A stretch of DNA of 64,000 bases from Octopus vulgaris (lineage: Eukaryota), in NCBI GenBank assembly GCA_951406725.2, contig OX597815.1:87916001-87980000 (forward strand), written 5' to 3'. This document shows, one piece after another, positions 39,749 to 52,721 of this stretch (position 1 is the stretch's first letter; each line of letters opens with the position of its first letter). A model generated the notes under the pieces. The model saw only the letters and a list, made by a program, of their open reading frames with translations. It was not told the DNA's origin and made no database searches. Made by a program: the position numbers and the translations under genes.

Positions 39749-40232
39749 TTTTGGTTTGGCTCAGGTTCAGTGTTATTCCTGATAGGATTTATGTAGACAG
39801 TGGGTTACTACTTGTAATCTTAACTATCCACAAGTTTCCATCAGTCTTTCAAGTGCTTAGAACCCTCCTGATAATCCTTGTTGTCCCTAAGAGACAAACT
39901 TTTTGTAGGAGCTCTACCGAGCATTCTATTCCAATTTCCTTCAGCCATTTGTCTATATCTTTGCTTACTGTTTCCAATGCACCAATTATTATAGACATGC
40001 CCTTTACTGTTCACATGCTCCAAATTCTTCCTATTTCAAATTTTTGGGGATTCTATCTTTTCATTCTCTGTCCTCTTTCTTTATGATCCTGGAATCAAAC
40101 AAGCATGATGGGTCAATCAGTAAGCAACTTCGCTTTCCTTTATCTATAATTGTTATATCCAGTCTATTATTTTTAAAATTCTTGTCCATTTGAATAGGAA
40201 AGTCCCACAAAATCTTACATTTCTCCAACTCC
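39749..40232 (-). mobile_element. Dong/R4-like LINE 3' fragment, fourth family
   Basis: KILWDFPIQ...NNRLDITII and ELLQKVCLLG; matches 9660-10127. Confidence 0.75.
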
Positions 40233-40251
40233 ATATTATTATTTTTATTAT

Positions 40252-41180
40252 TATATGAAAACTCACAGTTTATTTTGCTGGTTATGATGGAAAGTGTCGG
40301 CTGCCTACAGCAAGCAGACTAAGGTAACATTTGTTTACTGGTCATTATTCAAGAACCCTATGAAGGATTCTTGCAGTTCCAAGCAATGCTGATTTTTGTA
40401 GATGTTCTACCTTCACACTTTCACCGATCTTTTTCAGCCATGTTAGTAGCTGAGTGCTGATACTTCCAAGTGCCCCATTTATTATTGGTGTCACATTTTA
40501 CTCTCTTCATTCACTATGACCTTCGTATTTCCCACTTTAAATTGTCATAGTTGTTTATTTTTTCTTCTCCTTTCACATTGATCCTGTTGTCAGCAGGGCA
40601 TGCTATGTCGATAATCATACATGTTCTTTCTTTTTTATTCACCACAACAATGTCCGGTATCCTATGTCTGGTCAGGTGATCACACTGGATCATTACATTT
40701 CATTTTGTAGTTCTTGTTTTTGGTGACTCTTTCTGGGGTTTGTTCATACCACGTTTTTGCTCTTTGTAGGCCATGATTTCCACAAAACTCCCATTGGATC
40801 ATTCTTGCTACATTGTCATAGCGTCATTTGTATTCATGTTGTGTCAATTTCAGGCATTCGCTAATGATGTGCCATATCGTTTCACCCCTCTCACCACACA
40901 TTCTGCATTTGTCACTTTCGGTAGTGTTGTCAATTCTGCACTTCATATAATTGATCCTTAATGCTTGTTCTTGAGCTGTGCATATGAGTGCTTCTGTCTC
41001 TACCTTCAGGTCACTCCTCCTCATTCATAGCCGCTGGTCCTCTGTATTTGTCTTAGCGTTCACATCTCTTGCAATCTGACCATACATTTTTTCTTCCATG
41101 CTTTTTCTTTTTTTTTTGTTCATTTCTTATTTAAATTTTTCTTTAGTTACACAACTTTCGGTCCAAATTCCATTCTAATA
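40252..41180 (-). mobile_element. Dong/R4-like LINE 3' fragment, third family
   Basis: DLKVETEALICTAQEQAL and CRMCGERGETIWHIISEC; 3' UTR matches 6680-6755. Confidence 0.82.
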
Positions 41181-41205
41181 TCATTGATTTTTACTATCAT
41201 CATCA

Positions 41206-41237
<32 letters not shown>

Positions 41238-41687
41238 GCAGCGAGCTGGCAGAATCATTAGCACACTGGGCAAAATGCTTAGTGGTATTTTTTCTGTCTT
41301 TACATTCTCAAATTCCATTGAGGTCAACTTTGCCTTTCATCCTTTTGGGATTGATAAATTAAGTACCAGTAAAACACTGGGGTTAATGTAATTGACTAGT
41401 CTCCTCCCACAAACTGTCAGCCCTTGTGTCTTTAGTAGAAAGATTTATTATTGTTAGTAGTAGTAGTAGTAGCTGTAGTATTTACTTCTGTGGTTTGAAT
41501 GCATACACACACACCTCACACAGACGCACACACACACAAACACACACATCAAATATTGAAGGATCCAGAGATATGCAGGTTGTGGTGAATAAACTGTCAT
41601 CTAAATTATGCAAAAATGAAAATAACACTGACATCTCATTTTAGCAGATATATTTACCAAAATTACATAAAAATATCTTGAAATACT

Positions 41688-42454
41688 GCAGAGTAAATTT
41701 ATTCAATAAAATCGCCATTGGCTTCTACCACGGCCTCCAGATGACTTTGGAATCTCCTGCAAACTCTTCTGGACGGTCTCCTTGTTTAAGTTGGCGAATG
41801 CTACCATAATCCTTGCCTTCAATTCATCTTTGGTGTTACAAGGAGTTTTGTTGGTCTCTCACTCAACTCTGCCCCACACATAATAATCAAGGAGGTTGCA
41901 GTCTGGGAAATTAGGTGGCCAGATGTTAAGGGTGATGTGAATGCAGAAATTGTCTGACAGCCATGACTGGGTTCTCCTGCTTGTGTGGCATGGTGCAGAG
42001 TCCTGTTGTCAGACATAAGGTCTTCCAGCAGCCACTCTCTTGACCCAAGGTAGCACTACCTCGCCCAGGTAATTGATGTAGGCCTCCGTGTTGAGTCTGA
42101 GGCTGTGTAGGATGATGAAGGGAGGCATAACGTCACCATATCAAACACCATGATGTTGAATGGATGTTTGATTTTTATCACTCTTGATTTTTATCACTCA
42201 GACTGCACTGTCCTCAGACTGACACTGTAACACTCCGAAATGTTTGTATTGGAGCTTCTGGCATGAATGCCAAGCAGTGCAGCATGTCATTTCCAAATTT
42301 CTGGCAGAGTGAATTGCATCATGGTGCTGTTTTTCTCACAGACAGTGCACAACTGATCCTACTATACTATGTAGAGGACAAAATCATAAACAAACAATGT
42401 GCATGCACAAAATTGAAAATATAAGATGGCGACAATTTACCTAGTGCACTCTGT
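41688..42454 (-). mobile_element. DD37D (maT-family) Tc1/mariner relic, internally deleted
   Basis: Minus strand reads QQD-SAPCHTSRRTQSWLSDNFCIHITLNIWPPNFPDCNLL-DYYVW, with exactly 37 residues between the second and third Asp; TIR similarity is weak. Confidence 0.75.
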
Positions 42455-42712
42455 ATATAAAGGCTGCTGGACCTGTAGCTTGATTACAAGTGTTTCATTG
42501 AGTATTTCCATTCATGCTATATCTCAGCTAAGATAGTGTGCTAACAGGGCTGCTCAACAATAGCAGTAGCAACAAAACTATTAACTACAAAACAACACCA
42601 CAAAAAAAAAAAACAATGATAAATACCAGGTATTGCTGTTATTTGAGAGGAGAAACACAGCCTCCCCCTCTGATGCTCCAAGCACAATACTTCTCAGTTC
42701 AACCCCTTACTA

Positions 42713-43068
42713 CAGTGTTTCTCAACCATTTTTACCTACGAACCCCTTTGATTTTCTAATTTATTTTACTGGATACATACTACCATCACTATTTGATGTT
42801 TAAAAAATGGTATTATATCTTTATATTTAAATATTATTAGGAATTACTCTTTACTCTTTTACTTGTTTCAGTCATGTGGTTGTGGCCATGCTGGAGCACC
42901 ACCTTTAGTCGAGCAAATCGACCCCAGGACTTATTCTTTGTAAGTCTAGTACTTATTCTATCGGTCTCTTTTTACCAAACTGCTAAGTTATGGGGACGTA
43001 AACACATCAGCATCAGTTGTCAAGTGATGTTGGAGGGGACAAACACAGACACACAAACATATACACAC

Positions 43069-43123
<55 letters not shown>

Positions 43124-43420
43124 TATATACGGCAGGCTTCTTTCAGTTTCCGTCTACCAAATCCACTCACAAGGCTTTGGTCAGCCCAAGGCTATAGTAG
43201 AAGACACTTGCCCAAGGTGCCACCCAGTGGGACTGAGCCCGGGATCATGTGGTTCGTAAGCAAGCTACTTACCACACAATCACTCCTATGCCTATTGTAT
43301 AAAAAAGTGTTAAAATATTTTGTTTATTGTAGAAATATAACCAATTTATTGCACATAAATTTTCACAAAAAATCTTATATGGATCTTCAAGGGTCATGTG
43401 GACCCTGTTGAGAAGCACTG
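42713..43420. mobile_element. hAT-type MITE with a nested tRNA-SINE
   Basis: TIRs cagtgtttctcaac / gttgagaagcactg; degenerate 8-bp TSD ccttacta / ccctacaa. Confidence 0.7.
42846..43294 (-). mobile_element. tRNA-derived SINE with internal CA/TA microsatellite; other copies at about 2718-3130 and partial 58298-58590, 59485-59630
   Basis: Minus-strand head aggcataggagtgattgtgtggtaagtagcttgc...cccgggctcagtccc; repeated in the window. Confidence 0.8.
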
Positions 43421-43908
43421 CCCTACAAGGCCCTACCAGCTAATAACCATTATGAATCAAGATTCCAGTGGAGCTTCTTGACAAAGTCAGGGATGACTTG
43501 TATTGTGCTGGTTGTGTGGTTGTTCAACATGGTGAAATAGCAATCAAATCTCTTTTAAACCATGCTCTATTGTTTTTAGAAAAGGCAAAACACAATGGAT
43601 AATGTAGTCCAAGATAGACAAGATAGGATCACTCTGGTTGGAACATCTTTAAGAATAGGTCAGCTCGGTTAAAGATGACTTAGGAATGAGAACAACAACA
43701 ACATAAAAAAAAATTCATTACAAAAAAAATCTCACCACATACTGAAGTGGCAGAATGGTCAAGATCAGGAGTTCAAATCCACTACAAGTAATTTATTGTT
43801 TCTGTGTACAGAACACTCTACTCCATATTGCCTTAGTTAAAACTAGCTGTGAGAAACAATTAAAAATGTCATCATGAAATGCTACCTGAGATAGGGGAAA
43901 GGTTTATA

Positions 43909-45369
43909 CAAGGGTTGGTTGAAAAGTTCAGAGGCTGACTATGAAGGAGTGATGCTAGAGCTGTGAACACTTGCATACATTAATTTCAGTTCTTCTTATT
44001 AATAACTTCATAAAGATAAACTGACCCCTGGCTGTTCAATGTAGCAATTCCTCTTGAATTGTAGCAATTCTTCTTGAAAATGGACAAAATTTCGCAATGT
44101 AGTGTTATCAAGTACCTGCAGAGAAAGGGTTTAGCTCACAAGGACATGGTTGCTCCATTACAGAATGATACTTCAGCTTCATCAATAGTGCAAAAGTGGT
44201 TAGCTGAATTTGGGCGGGGAAGAGAAAGACTTGAAGATGACCCAAGGTCTAGACATCCATAAATTTCCACCACTAAAGAAAAAAATTGATCATGTTCACC
44301 ACACGATGAAGGAAAACAGGTGAATGACTATAAGCCAGATAAAGAAGTGCACCCAGGCTGATCACATCACAGGAAAATTTGACATTGTGTGGGGTAGATC
44401 CAGCTAGTTTCCTAAGCCAGCATGAGTGTTGAGTTCATCATTTTGAGCCAGAGACAAAGAGGCAATCCATGCAGTGGAAATACCCCTCCTCTCCTGCTCC
44501 AAAGAAGGCCAAGGTCGTTTCTTCCACAGGGAGGGTGATGGCCTCAGTTTTAGGGGATACAAAAAGCATTGTGTTTATTGAAAGGGCCACACTATCAATG
44601 GCAAGTAGTATGCTAACTTGCTGAGGCAATTATGAAAGGCTATCAAGACCAAACAATCAGGGAAACTGACAAAAGGGATCTTGTTTTATCACAACAATGC
44701 TCCAGCACACAAGTCCTTGCTTTCAATGGCTGCTGTGCATGACTGTGGCTTTGTGGAGGCACATGGCCTAGTGATCAGAGCAGCGGACTCATGGTCAAGG
44801 GATCACGGGTTCGAATCTCAGACCAGGCGATGTGTGTGTTTATGAGTAAAACATCTAAGCTCCACACGGCTCCAGCAGAAGGTAATGGCGAACTTCTGCT
44901 GACTCTTTTGTCACAACTTTCTCTCACTCTTTCCTCCTGCATCTTGCAGCTCACCTGCGACGGACTGGCGTCCCGTCCAGGTGGGGAACCTTTACACCAA
45001 GGAAACCGGAAAACTGGCCCTATGAGCCATGCGTGGCTCGAGAAGGAACAAACATGACTGTGGCTTTGAACTAGTTGATCATCCTCCCTATTCTCTTGAT
45101 TTGGTCCCATCTGATTAACATCTGTTCTCCAACATGAAAAAACATGTGGTTGGGAATTAGTATTACAGTGATGATGACATCATGTCTGTTGTTAATGACT
45201 TTTTTGATGAACAGGATGAAAGCTTCTTCACCAATGGGATCCAAACACTGCAAAACTTAAAGGAAGAAGTGTTGGGGCCACAAGGGGAACGTGTTGAAAA
45301 ATAAACCTCATTTAGTCACATTCTATGAGAATATTTTAGTCAGCCTGTGAACTTCTCAGTTGACCCTTG
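43909..45369 (+). mobile_element. Mariner transposon relic with a nested SINE
   Basis: TIRs caagggttggttgaaaagttcagaggctgacta / tagtcagcctgtgaacttctcagttgacccttg; EDDPRS, SMQWKYPSSP.PKK, NNAPAH and HPPYS.DL motifs; decayed. Confidence 0.85.
44753..45052 (+). mobile_element. tRNA-derived SINE of the 24282 family, inserted in the mariner
   Basis: Pol III boxes; TSD CATGACTGTGGCTTT at 44738-44752 and 45053-45067. Confidence 0.9.
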
Positions 45370-45729
45370 CATATCACTACTTAACATCAAGAAACAAGAG
45401 CCAGCAAATCATTGACCCTTAAATAGTCTGTGTTTTGGGAAGTATTCATGTTTATGTTTAAACACTGATTTAAATCTTGAACAATGTGATGCCTGTTTGA
45501 AATAACAGTATTTTTATTGATGTATATTCATCTCTTAGATTGAATAAATACAGTAACAGCATACCAGTTTCTTCTTTAACCTGCAACAGTAGCAATAAAC
45601 AAGAAATAGATTTTTTTTTTTGTTATTTCTGGTGCTGGATTCACTCATGTGATTCATAATTCAGTCTTCAAAACAACATAAAACTCCTTATAAGTAAGAA
45701 GGGGTGTTTACTCAGTAAACTTAACTAAC

Positions 45730-45854
45730 CAGAATGATGTGCAAAAATGATTCCAACTGACGAACATTGATTAATGATTGTTTCATCAGATTCAACAGAC
45801 CAGGAGTTATTTTATCTTGCTTTTGTTCCAGTGTCAGAATATGATGAAGAATAG
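45730..45854 (-). CDS. CFAP206: CFAP206 coding exon, 125 nt, phase 1-0
   Basis: ttacag|CTATT...ATTCTG|gttagt; SILHHILTLEQKQDKITPGLLNLMKQSLINVRQLESFLHIIL, compare recalled LKEALYNIRQYEVFLQIIL; bridges the phases of the flanking exons. Confidence 0.9.
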
Positions 45855-46234
45855 CTGTAAATATGAAAGCAAGCAGTGAAAACAATGGTCGAAATTACAA
45901 ATGTGTATATGATTAACAACAGTAACATCAAAACAACATCAGTAACATGCAAGCATATAAGTAAAAGGAGTGATAACTTAAAAAAAGACATTTCTATATT
46001 CCTCGGATAAAGTATTAATGCAAAAAATCTAAATGTTCCCAAAGGACCACAAAATCCATGGAACTGAGCAAATAAGAGACAAGTATTCATCTTGAGAAGA
46101 TTTTAGACTATAGTAGATAGTACTTTCATATGATTTATAAATTAATAGTTCACTATCAAGTTCACTCAGCCATTTGAATAGCAAATAAAATACTATTCAA
46201 ACTTTACAGATAATTTTGGCAGCTTACTCCATTT

Positions 46235-46270
<36 letters not shown>

Positions 46271-47661
46271 TGTCTTCTTTGTACACAGTGTAACCCATTC
46301 AACACCTTCATACCATTTCCTTTATTCTTTTCAAAATCAGAAGAATCCATATGGTCTACATTTATCTTATAACTTTCATAAGATGAGAGAAACATTTTCC
46401 CCTGGATAGGATGCTGGTCTAATATAATAATCTTTTGCTACAGGATCATGAGATAAGCCAAGTCAGCACTATAAGCTCATGAATCACAAGTCAATTCCCA
46501 AGTGTAGCATTGATTACGTCAGTGATTTATATCACTATCTGTATATATTAGACCTAAGGATCTTGGCCATGTACACATGCAGCAACAATTACAGGATGTA
46601 TGATCACTTGGTCCTATCCACTTAGAGATCCACACTTTTCCTATATACTAAGCCTACCCAACAAAAAGTATCTTGCTGGTCAATTTGTTTTTACCATGTG
46701 GAGAGGGAAGGATAACACCAATTATCCGTTTTTTTTGTGCTCTCTGAGACTGATGAAAGGCAATGGTGAAGTTATCCTTATACCAGAGAGATCACTCCAA
46801 TGCTTGCGGTAGAGTGATCTCTATTAAAGGCACCCAAGGAGCAGGATGTAATGTCAAACTAAGCAACAGATTAAGCCTATCATTCAAGAACTCAGAGAGG
46901 AAAGAACCAAAGCAAAAACCACGTGACATCTTGTCTAAACACTAACAATTCCACCAATCCACTGCTCTGGATGTGTGCTTTATTTTATCTTCCTGAAAAG
47001 AAGAAAGGTAAAGCTTACCTTGAAATAATTTGAACTGTGTGCACAGAGAGCTAGAACAAATACCACAAGGTACTCTCACCCCTTGAATGAATGAATGAAT
47101 GTATGTATGTACATACATAATGTATATGCATTAACATACATATGCATGTACATATATACCTATGTACATACGTACGTATGTATGTACATATATATACTTA
47201 TGTATGTATGAATGTATGTATGTGTGTTAATGCATATACATTATTTGGAATCTTCCTGCAAGGAAGGACTGGTTTTTAACAAAGATATAAAGCTCATTCA
47301 GTGAAATTTAAATGACAAAAACAATATCACACTTTAAACTTGAGAAAAGTCTTGTATATTATTACTGTTCCATTTACAGATTGTATTTTCAATGTGCAAA
47401 ATAGCTGGCTGATTTCTTTTTCTGCAAACTCTAGCTTATCCAGATTGTCACTTAGGCACTTACATGAATAAAAGAGGTTAATATTAACTTGTTCATATTT
47501 TTCCAGCCTTATAACTTGAGATCTAAGGAAGATAACTCTTTTACTTTTTTAACATTTTAAGTTTTAATTTTCGTTTTCCGTTTTTTAACCTTCCACATTT
47601 TCTATATGCTTCCATCTCAAATTTTTACGTTTCTTCTCTTGTTCAATTTTTAGTTCGTTAT

Positions 47662-47743
47662 AATATGTGGTTTGTGCCTGATGAATATGTTTGAGGTATT
47701 TCTCAACATATGAAACTATTAGTAGCATATATAAACACATATT
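47662..47743 (+). ncRNA. Type I hammerhead ribozyme with extended, bulged stem I
   Basis: AAUAUGUGGUUUGUGC-CUGAUGA-AUAUGUUUGAG GUAUUU CUCAACAUAU-GAAACU AUU AGUA-GCAU AUAU AAACACAUAUU; all three stems pair; predicted cleavage after 47724. Confidence 0.85.
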
Positions 47744-48471
47744 GTGTCTATTAAATTATATTTATCTCTAGCCAGATGCAGTACTTTTTTTGTCGATCTT
47801 ACCATCATGGAACAGTACATTATATATATATATAACTCTATGAATATATACATACACATATTTACATACCTATATATATATGTATATATACATACATATA
47901 TGGGTATAGGACATCAAAAAAACGTAGACAAAATGAGAAATGAGAACATAAAAAAACAAAAACATAGAAAACGAACTCTTTTGAACAACAAAAGAAACAA
48001 ACAGAGAAATAAGACAGGCAACATAAAGAACATTCCCTTCATCAGTTGTCCCCTGTTTTATGTACTCCGCATTTCGAAGCTAGGGACAAGACGTGACTTC
48101 ATTAAAACAGTCTTTCCTGCAAAGCAAATTAAATAAAATTTGGGATTTTTTTGCGGAGGGTGAATGTGGTAACAAAAACAGGACAGTGAAAACAAAACAG
48201 TAAAAACAAATGGTGAGGGTTGTTAAGCCAAGATGATGTTTTTCCAACGTTTTCCAGTAAGTTTTATATATAATCTTAGGCCACCTTTACAACTGGGCAG
48301 ACTTGAGTACACTTATAGCCAAAGGCACTCCACCTTTGACCATTCAGTCACACTAGTAACATGTAATTGGAAGAATTTAGAATTTAGCTTATATTATATT
48401 TAGCAGATCAAGCAATCTGCATAGAGAATCCGATATGCTACTGATTCTTATTAGAAATAGTTGTTACTCAC

Positions 48472-48564
48472 AGGTGTACTTATTTATGTATTCACTTGTA
48501 TTGTGGATATCTCTCTCGATAGTTTTTGACGTCTGTGGAATGGCTTTGGTCAAAATGGCTGGCA
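48472..48564 (-). CDS. CFAP206: CFAP206 coding exon, 93 nt, phase 1-1
   Basis: tttcag|TGCCA...TACACCT|gtgagt; LPAILTKAIPQTSKTIERDIHNTSEYINKYT, compare recalled LPAVLHVAIPAT...YRYT. Confidence 0.92.
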
Positions 48565-51437
48565 CTGAAATTGAAGGACAATTAGAAATATAACATTTCT
48601 GCTGATAAACCCAAAAGTATGGGAACAATATGTGTGAGTTATATTTTGTGTGTGTGTGTGTGTGTGTGCATATGGATATGTACAGGTGCATCAACAAATG
48701 TGTGTTTTTCTAAATTATGTTTGTGCGTTTTAATAAAATGTGCCTTAATAAAGTGTGCGTATGTTCACACGCAAGTAGTCTGTGAGTGTGTGCGCGCGCG
48801 CATGTGTGTGTGTGAAGCATTCTTTAATGGCTAAAGCGTATTTTCTCACTTTACCTCACACAATCATAATAAAACTGAAGCACTGCCTCCCACACATCAA
48901 GCTCAATCCATCACACTTCATCAAGTTTCATAAGACAACTTCAAATCAACAGTGCAAGTAACGAATTGATCGATATGTAATGCTCCCAATTTGTTTTTGT
49001 TTTTATTTAGCTATCATGCATACAGAGAAGCAAGGACGATTCTCTAACTGATTTATTCATAGATGTGAAAGAACTATACCAGTTATCTCCCCCGACAAGA
49101 GACATCTAGTGTGATTATTGGTGTACTGATTAGCCCTTTAGCATCTAAACATACCTGGCCAAAATATACTACCCGTTTTATGTTCAAACTGGCCAGATCC
49201 AACCTCTCACACTTATGCTATAGGCACAAGGCTTGAAATTTTGAGGAAGGTAGCTAGTCAATTACATTGATAACATTAATTAACTGGTACTTATTTTATT
49301 GACCCTGAAAGGATGAAAGCAAATCTGACCTCAGTGGTATTTGATCTCAGAACATTAAAGAGCCAGACAAAATGCCACTAAGCATTTTATGTGGTGTGCT
49401 TATGATTCTGCCAGCTTGCCATCTTTACAGAACCTAATAATCCCTTCTACTATAGATGCAAAGCTTGAAACTTTATCGACCCCAGTGCTTAACTGGTACT
49501 TATTTTATTGACCCTCAAAAGACGTAAGGCAATGTCAACCTCAGTGTTATTTGATTTTTCAGAAGGTCAAGAGCCAGAAGAAATGCTGGTAAGGATTTTA
49601 TTTGGTGTGCAAACAATTCTGCCAGCTTGCCACCTTTACAGAGCCTAATAGTAATAAGGAATGTTCACTGACAGTTAAGTGACTTTCCTACTGATGTGAA
49701 ACAATATCAATAAACAATATTTGAACCAATCATTTTTCAACCAGTGAAGTGATTAATTTGTCCAGATATTTAGATACTAACAGAGACCCTTGTTTATCTG
49801 GCAATTCTCCCTAAAGCAACACTTATTAAATCTTGTAATGACCTCTCCCCACCCACCAATGATATGTATTAAACAATATAATGCTCTTCATGAAACAAAT
49901 ATTAGTTCTTGAAAAATTCCCTGTTAAACACTATAACAATTTTAATTGAAGAGATCAAGTATTTATAATTCTCTTTAAAGCACTCCTTTGAAATTGTTAT
50001 ATTTTTGATATCATTTCAGATTACACTGCATAAATTAGTAGTACTCTTCCCTTTCATGGGACTGTCACATTAAGTTGACAACATACCACCACTTTATCAT
50101 GTTACTATTGTATAAATCTCTCTGAGAGATTTAGAAATGTATTATTTCTATTTTTTTTTCTCTCCATTCTTTCCAAACCTTGCATTCACTTCCATGGTTG
50201 TATTATGTTTAATGAATTCATTGTTTATTTTTTTTATGGTAAGCAGATGTTACTTGCTTATAATATCAAATGGCTTTAGTAATGAAAAGTGTTAAACTTA
50301 GTACAGCTAGTTAAAGAAACAATTAATAATTATCTAATGCAATCTTAACACATACCTTTTTAAAACACCCATTATAACTAGTTGGACTGATCCATAGAGA
50401 TTTAAAAGTTTTAAATAAAAATAGATAACATAGTTGATGGTGGCAAATTACAAATTCTTTAGTCTTTGACTGATCATCAGGATTCTTTAATTATTCTTAT
50501 TAATATTGGTTTCTGTACTTACATTGATAGTTCTATCCCAGAGTTTGTAACAGTTTTTTTGTTAGATAGATTTATTTCTCCAGTTTTTGTTAAGAAATAA
50601 ATATTCTTAATTTAAATACTGCCTAAGACTATATACACACCCAGGAATAAAACATCTGAAGATGATCAGAGAATACTCTCAAGATGAGGCTGATGAAGTA
50701 GACAATCATAACTTTGTTAACAACTTATCACAGTCATTTAGACATCAAATCATTATAATTCCTTCCTTTTACTGTCAAGTTGATGAATAATTCCCAGTGA
50801 CATTTTTTGGTTAGTGCTATATGCTGGGGGTTGCCTATTACCTTCTTTTGAGTATTTTTCACAAGCTACTATCTTGTCAGCTTAGATACAACCAAGTTTG
50901 TCACACTCATCAGAAAACTCAACAAATACTGCAAAGCATTTTGTCCAATACTCAGACAACTCTGACAATCCACTGCCCTGGACCAGTTCTTTAGGCTACT
51001 GACTCTGGAAGAATGAAAGTCAAGAAGTTCACCCAAGCTGGCTTTGAACTCAGAACAACAAGAAGATATTTTGTCAGGCTCTCTAAAGATTCTGCCATAA
51101 TTTGCTTTAAAATGATACATTTACTTACATGGCTAATACTCTATTCTCTATACATTTACAATGCATTTTACTGTATGAGATCCAGTCCCACAGTTATCAA
51201 ATCTCTTTTTTTCTAATGCTACAATATTCTACAATAAATAGATTTCTGTACATACAATTATCAATACCTTTTCTGCCTTACAATAATCCTTCTTAAACAG
51301 GTAGATTTATCTGATCAATACTCTCTTCTCTCTATGTTTGTAAAGCATTTTATTAGATAAACTCCAGTACCCACAGTTATTAAATCTCTTTCAATGTTAC
51401 AATATACAACAATAAATGGATCGATTTCTGTACTTAC

Positions 51438-51596
51438 AATCATCAATACCTTTTCCACCTTTGCAATACTCCTTATTAAACAGTCGGATTCCAGTGCTTA
51501 TCATGGTCAGTTCCATAAGCTGACGTTCTTTATCTCCTTTGGCCAAAGCTAAGAATGTCCCAAGTTCTGCTTGAGGAAAAACACTCTGGACAGCCG
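51438..51596 (-). CDS. CFAP206: CFAP206 coding exon, 159 nt, phase 1-1
   Basis: accag|CGGCT...GATGATT|gtaagt; AAVQSVFPQAELGTFLALAKGDKERQLMELTMISTGIRLFNKEYCKGGKGIDD, a highly conserved CFAP206 segment. Confidence 0.96.
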
Positions 51597-52721
51597 CTGG
51601 TGTAATAATAAAAAGGGGCAGAATCAGACATTATGAAAAAAATCAGGTAAGTTAATAGACAATCAAATATTTAAACTATTAAACAAAGGATTTTCAGAAG
51701 GCTTGAGTTCTTTCCTTGTTTCAAATACTTTATATTCTTGTAAAAGTTCTGTAGTGTTATGACAACACCATATCCTGACAAACTGCTGCTACTATTACTA
51801 CTACAACAAACAATAACAGTAGCTACAATAATTTTGATGCAATATATTTTTTGAAATTACCAACTGGATAAAATATCCAGTGTCATATGTTGAGTTCAAA
51901 TCCTCCTTAGATATCCCTTGATGCTATGCACTTCATTTCCCCTACATTTCAAAAGCAGGCACTGATCTTTTGAACATATTACCTTAAAATTTATTTTTCA
52001 TCCAATTAAAATCCTGAAATTTGAACTAAATAACCTTTTGTGCTCTTCATAGTTATTGTTAATATTTCTTTTTCATGTTCAATTAGATACACGAGTCATA
52101 AATTCCAAATAAAATAAAGCAACACTACTACAAAATATAACTTTAAAATAAACCAAACCTATTAAACAAAGAAAAATGCCAAAAGGATTGAGGTTTTTTT
52201 CTTTTCTTCCTTAGGTGCAAAGTTTAACCCTTTAGCAGCCTAAATATTCTATGTGGTTTATGTTAAAAGTGACCAGATCCAGACTCTCACACCTATCCAA
52301 CAATGTCATTCTAAAAATATACAATCTTATCATTGAAATCTTGAAGCTACAAGATAATGTCTGATTATCGAAATAAAATAAATAAATAATGTTGCAAGGG
52401 AGATAATAAATCTGAATGCTAAAGGGTTAATTCAACTCCACCATACGTTTGGGCCATAACGGAAATATTTACCTTTGAAGCTTTGTCTAATCAATTAAAA
52501 AGGTGGAGTCAAGTAAATACTCACCCGAAATAGACATTGACCCTTTTGTTACCAACCCACCTGTGTCCTCCCCTGGTTCTAGAACACAAACATCTTGATT
52601 TAAAGTGATCTAAATTCAATTCTTCCATCAAAATTTTATGCGAATTTAAATTATAATAATAATAATAATAATTGTGTACAGTGCTCAGGTGCACTACAAC
52701 TCATCTAAAGTGTATATATAA

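Noticed and set aside
47462-47523. AG...GTAAGT-bounded segment as an extra CFAP206 exon
   Set aside because: Contains a stop in the required phase-1 frame; the exon at 45730-45854 already completes the protein.
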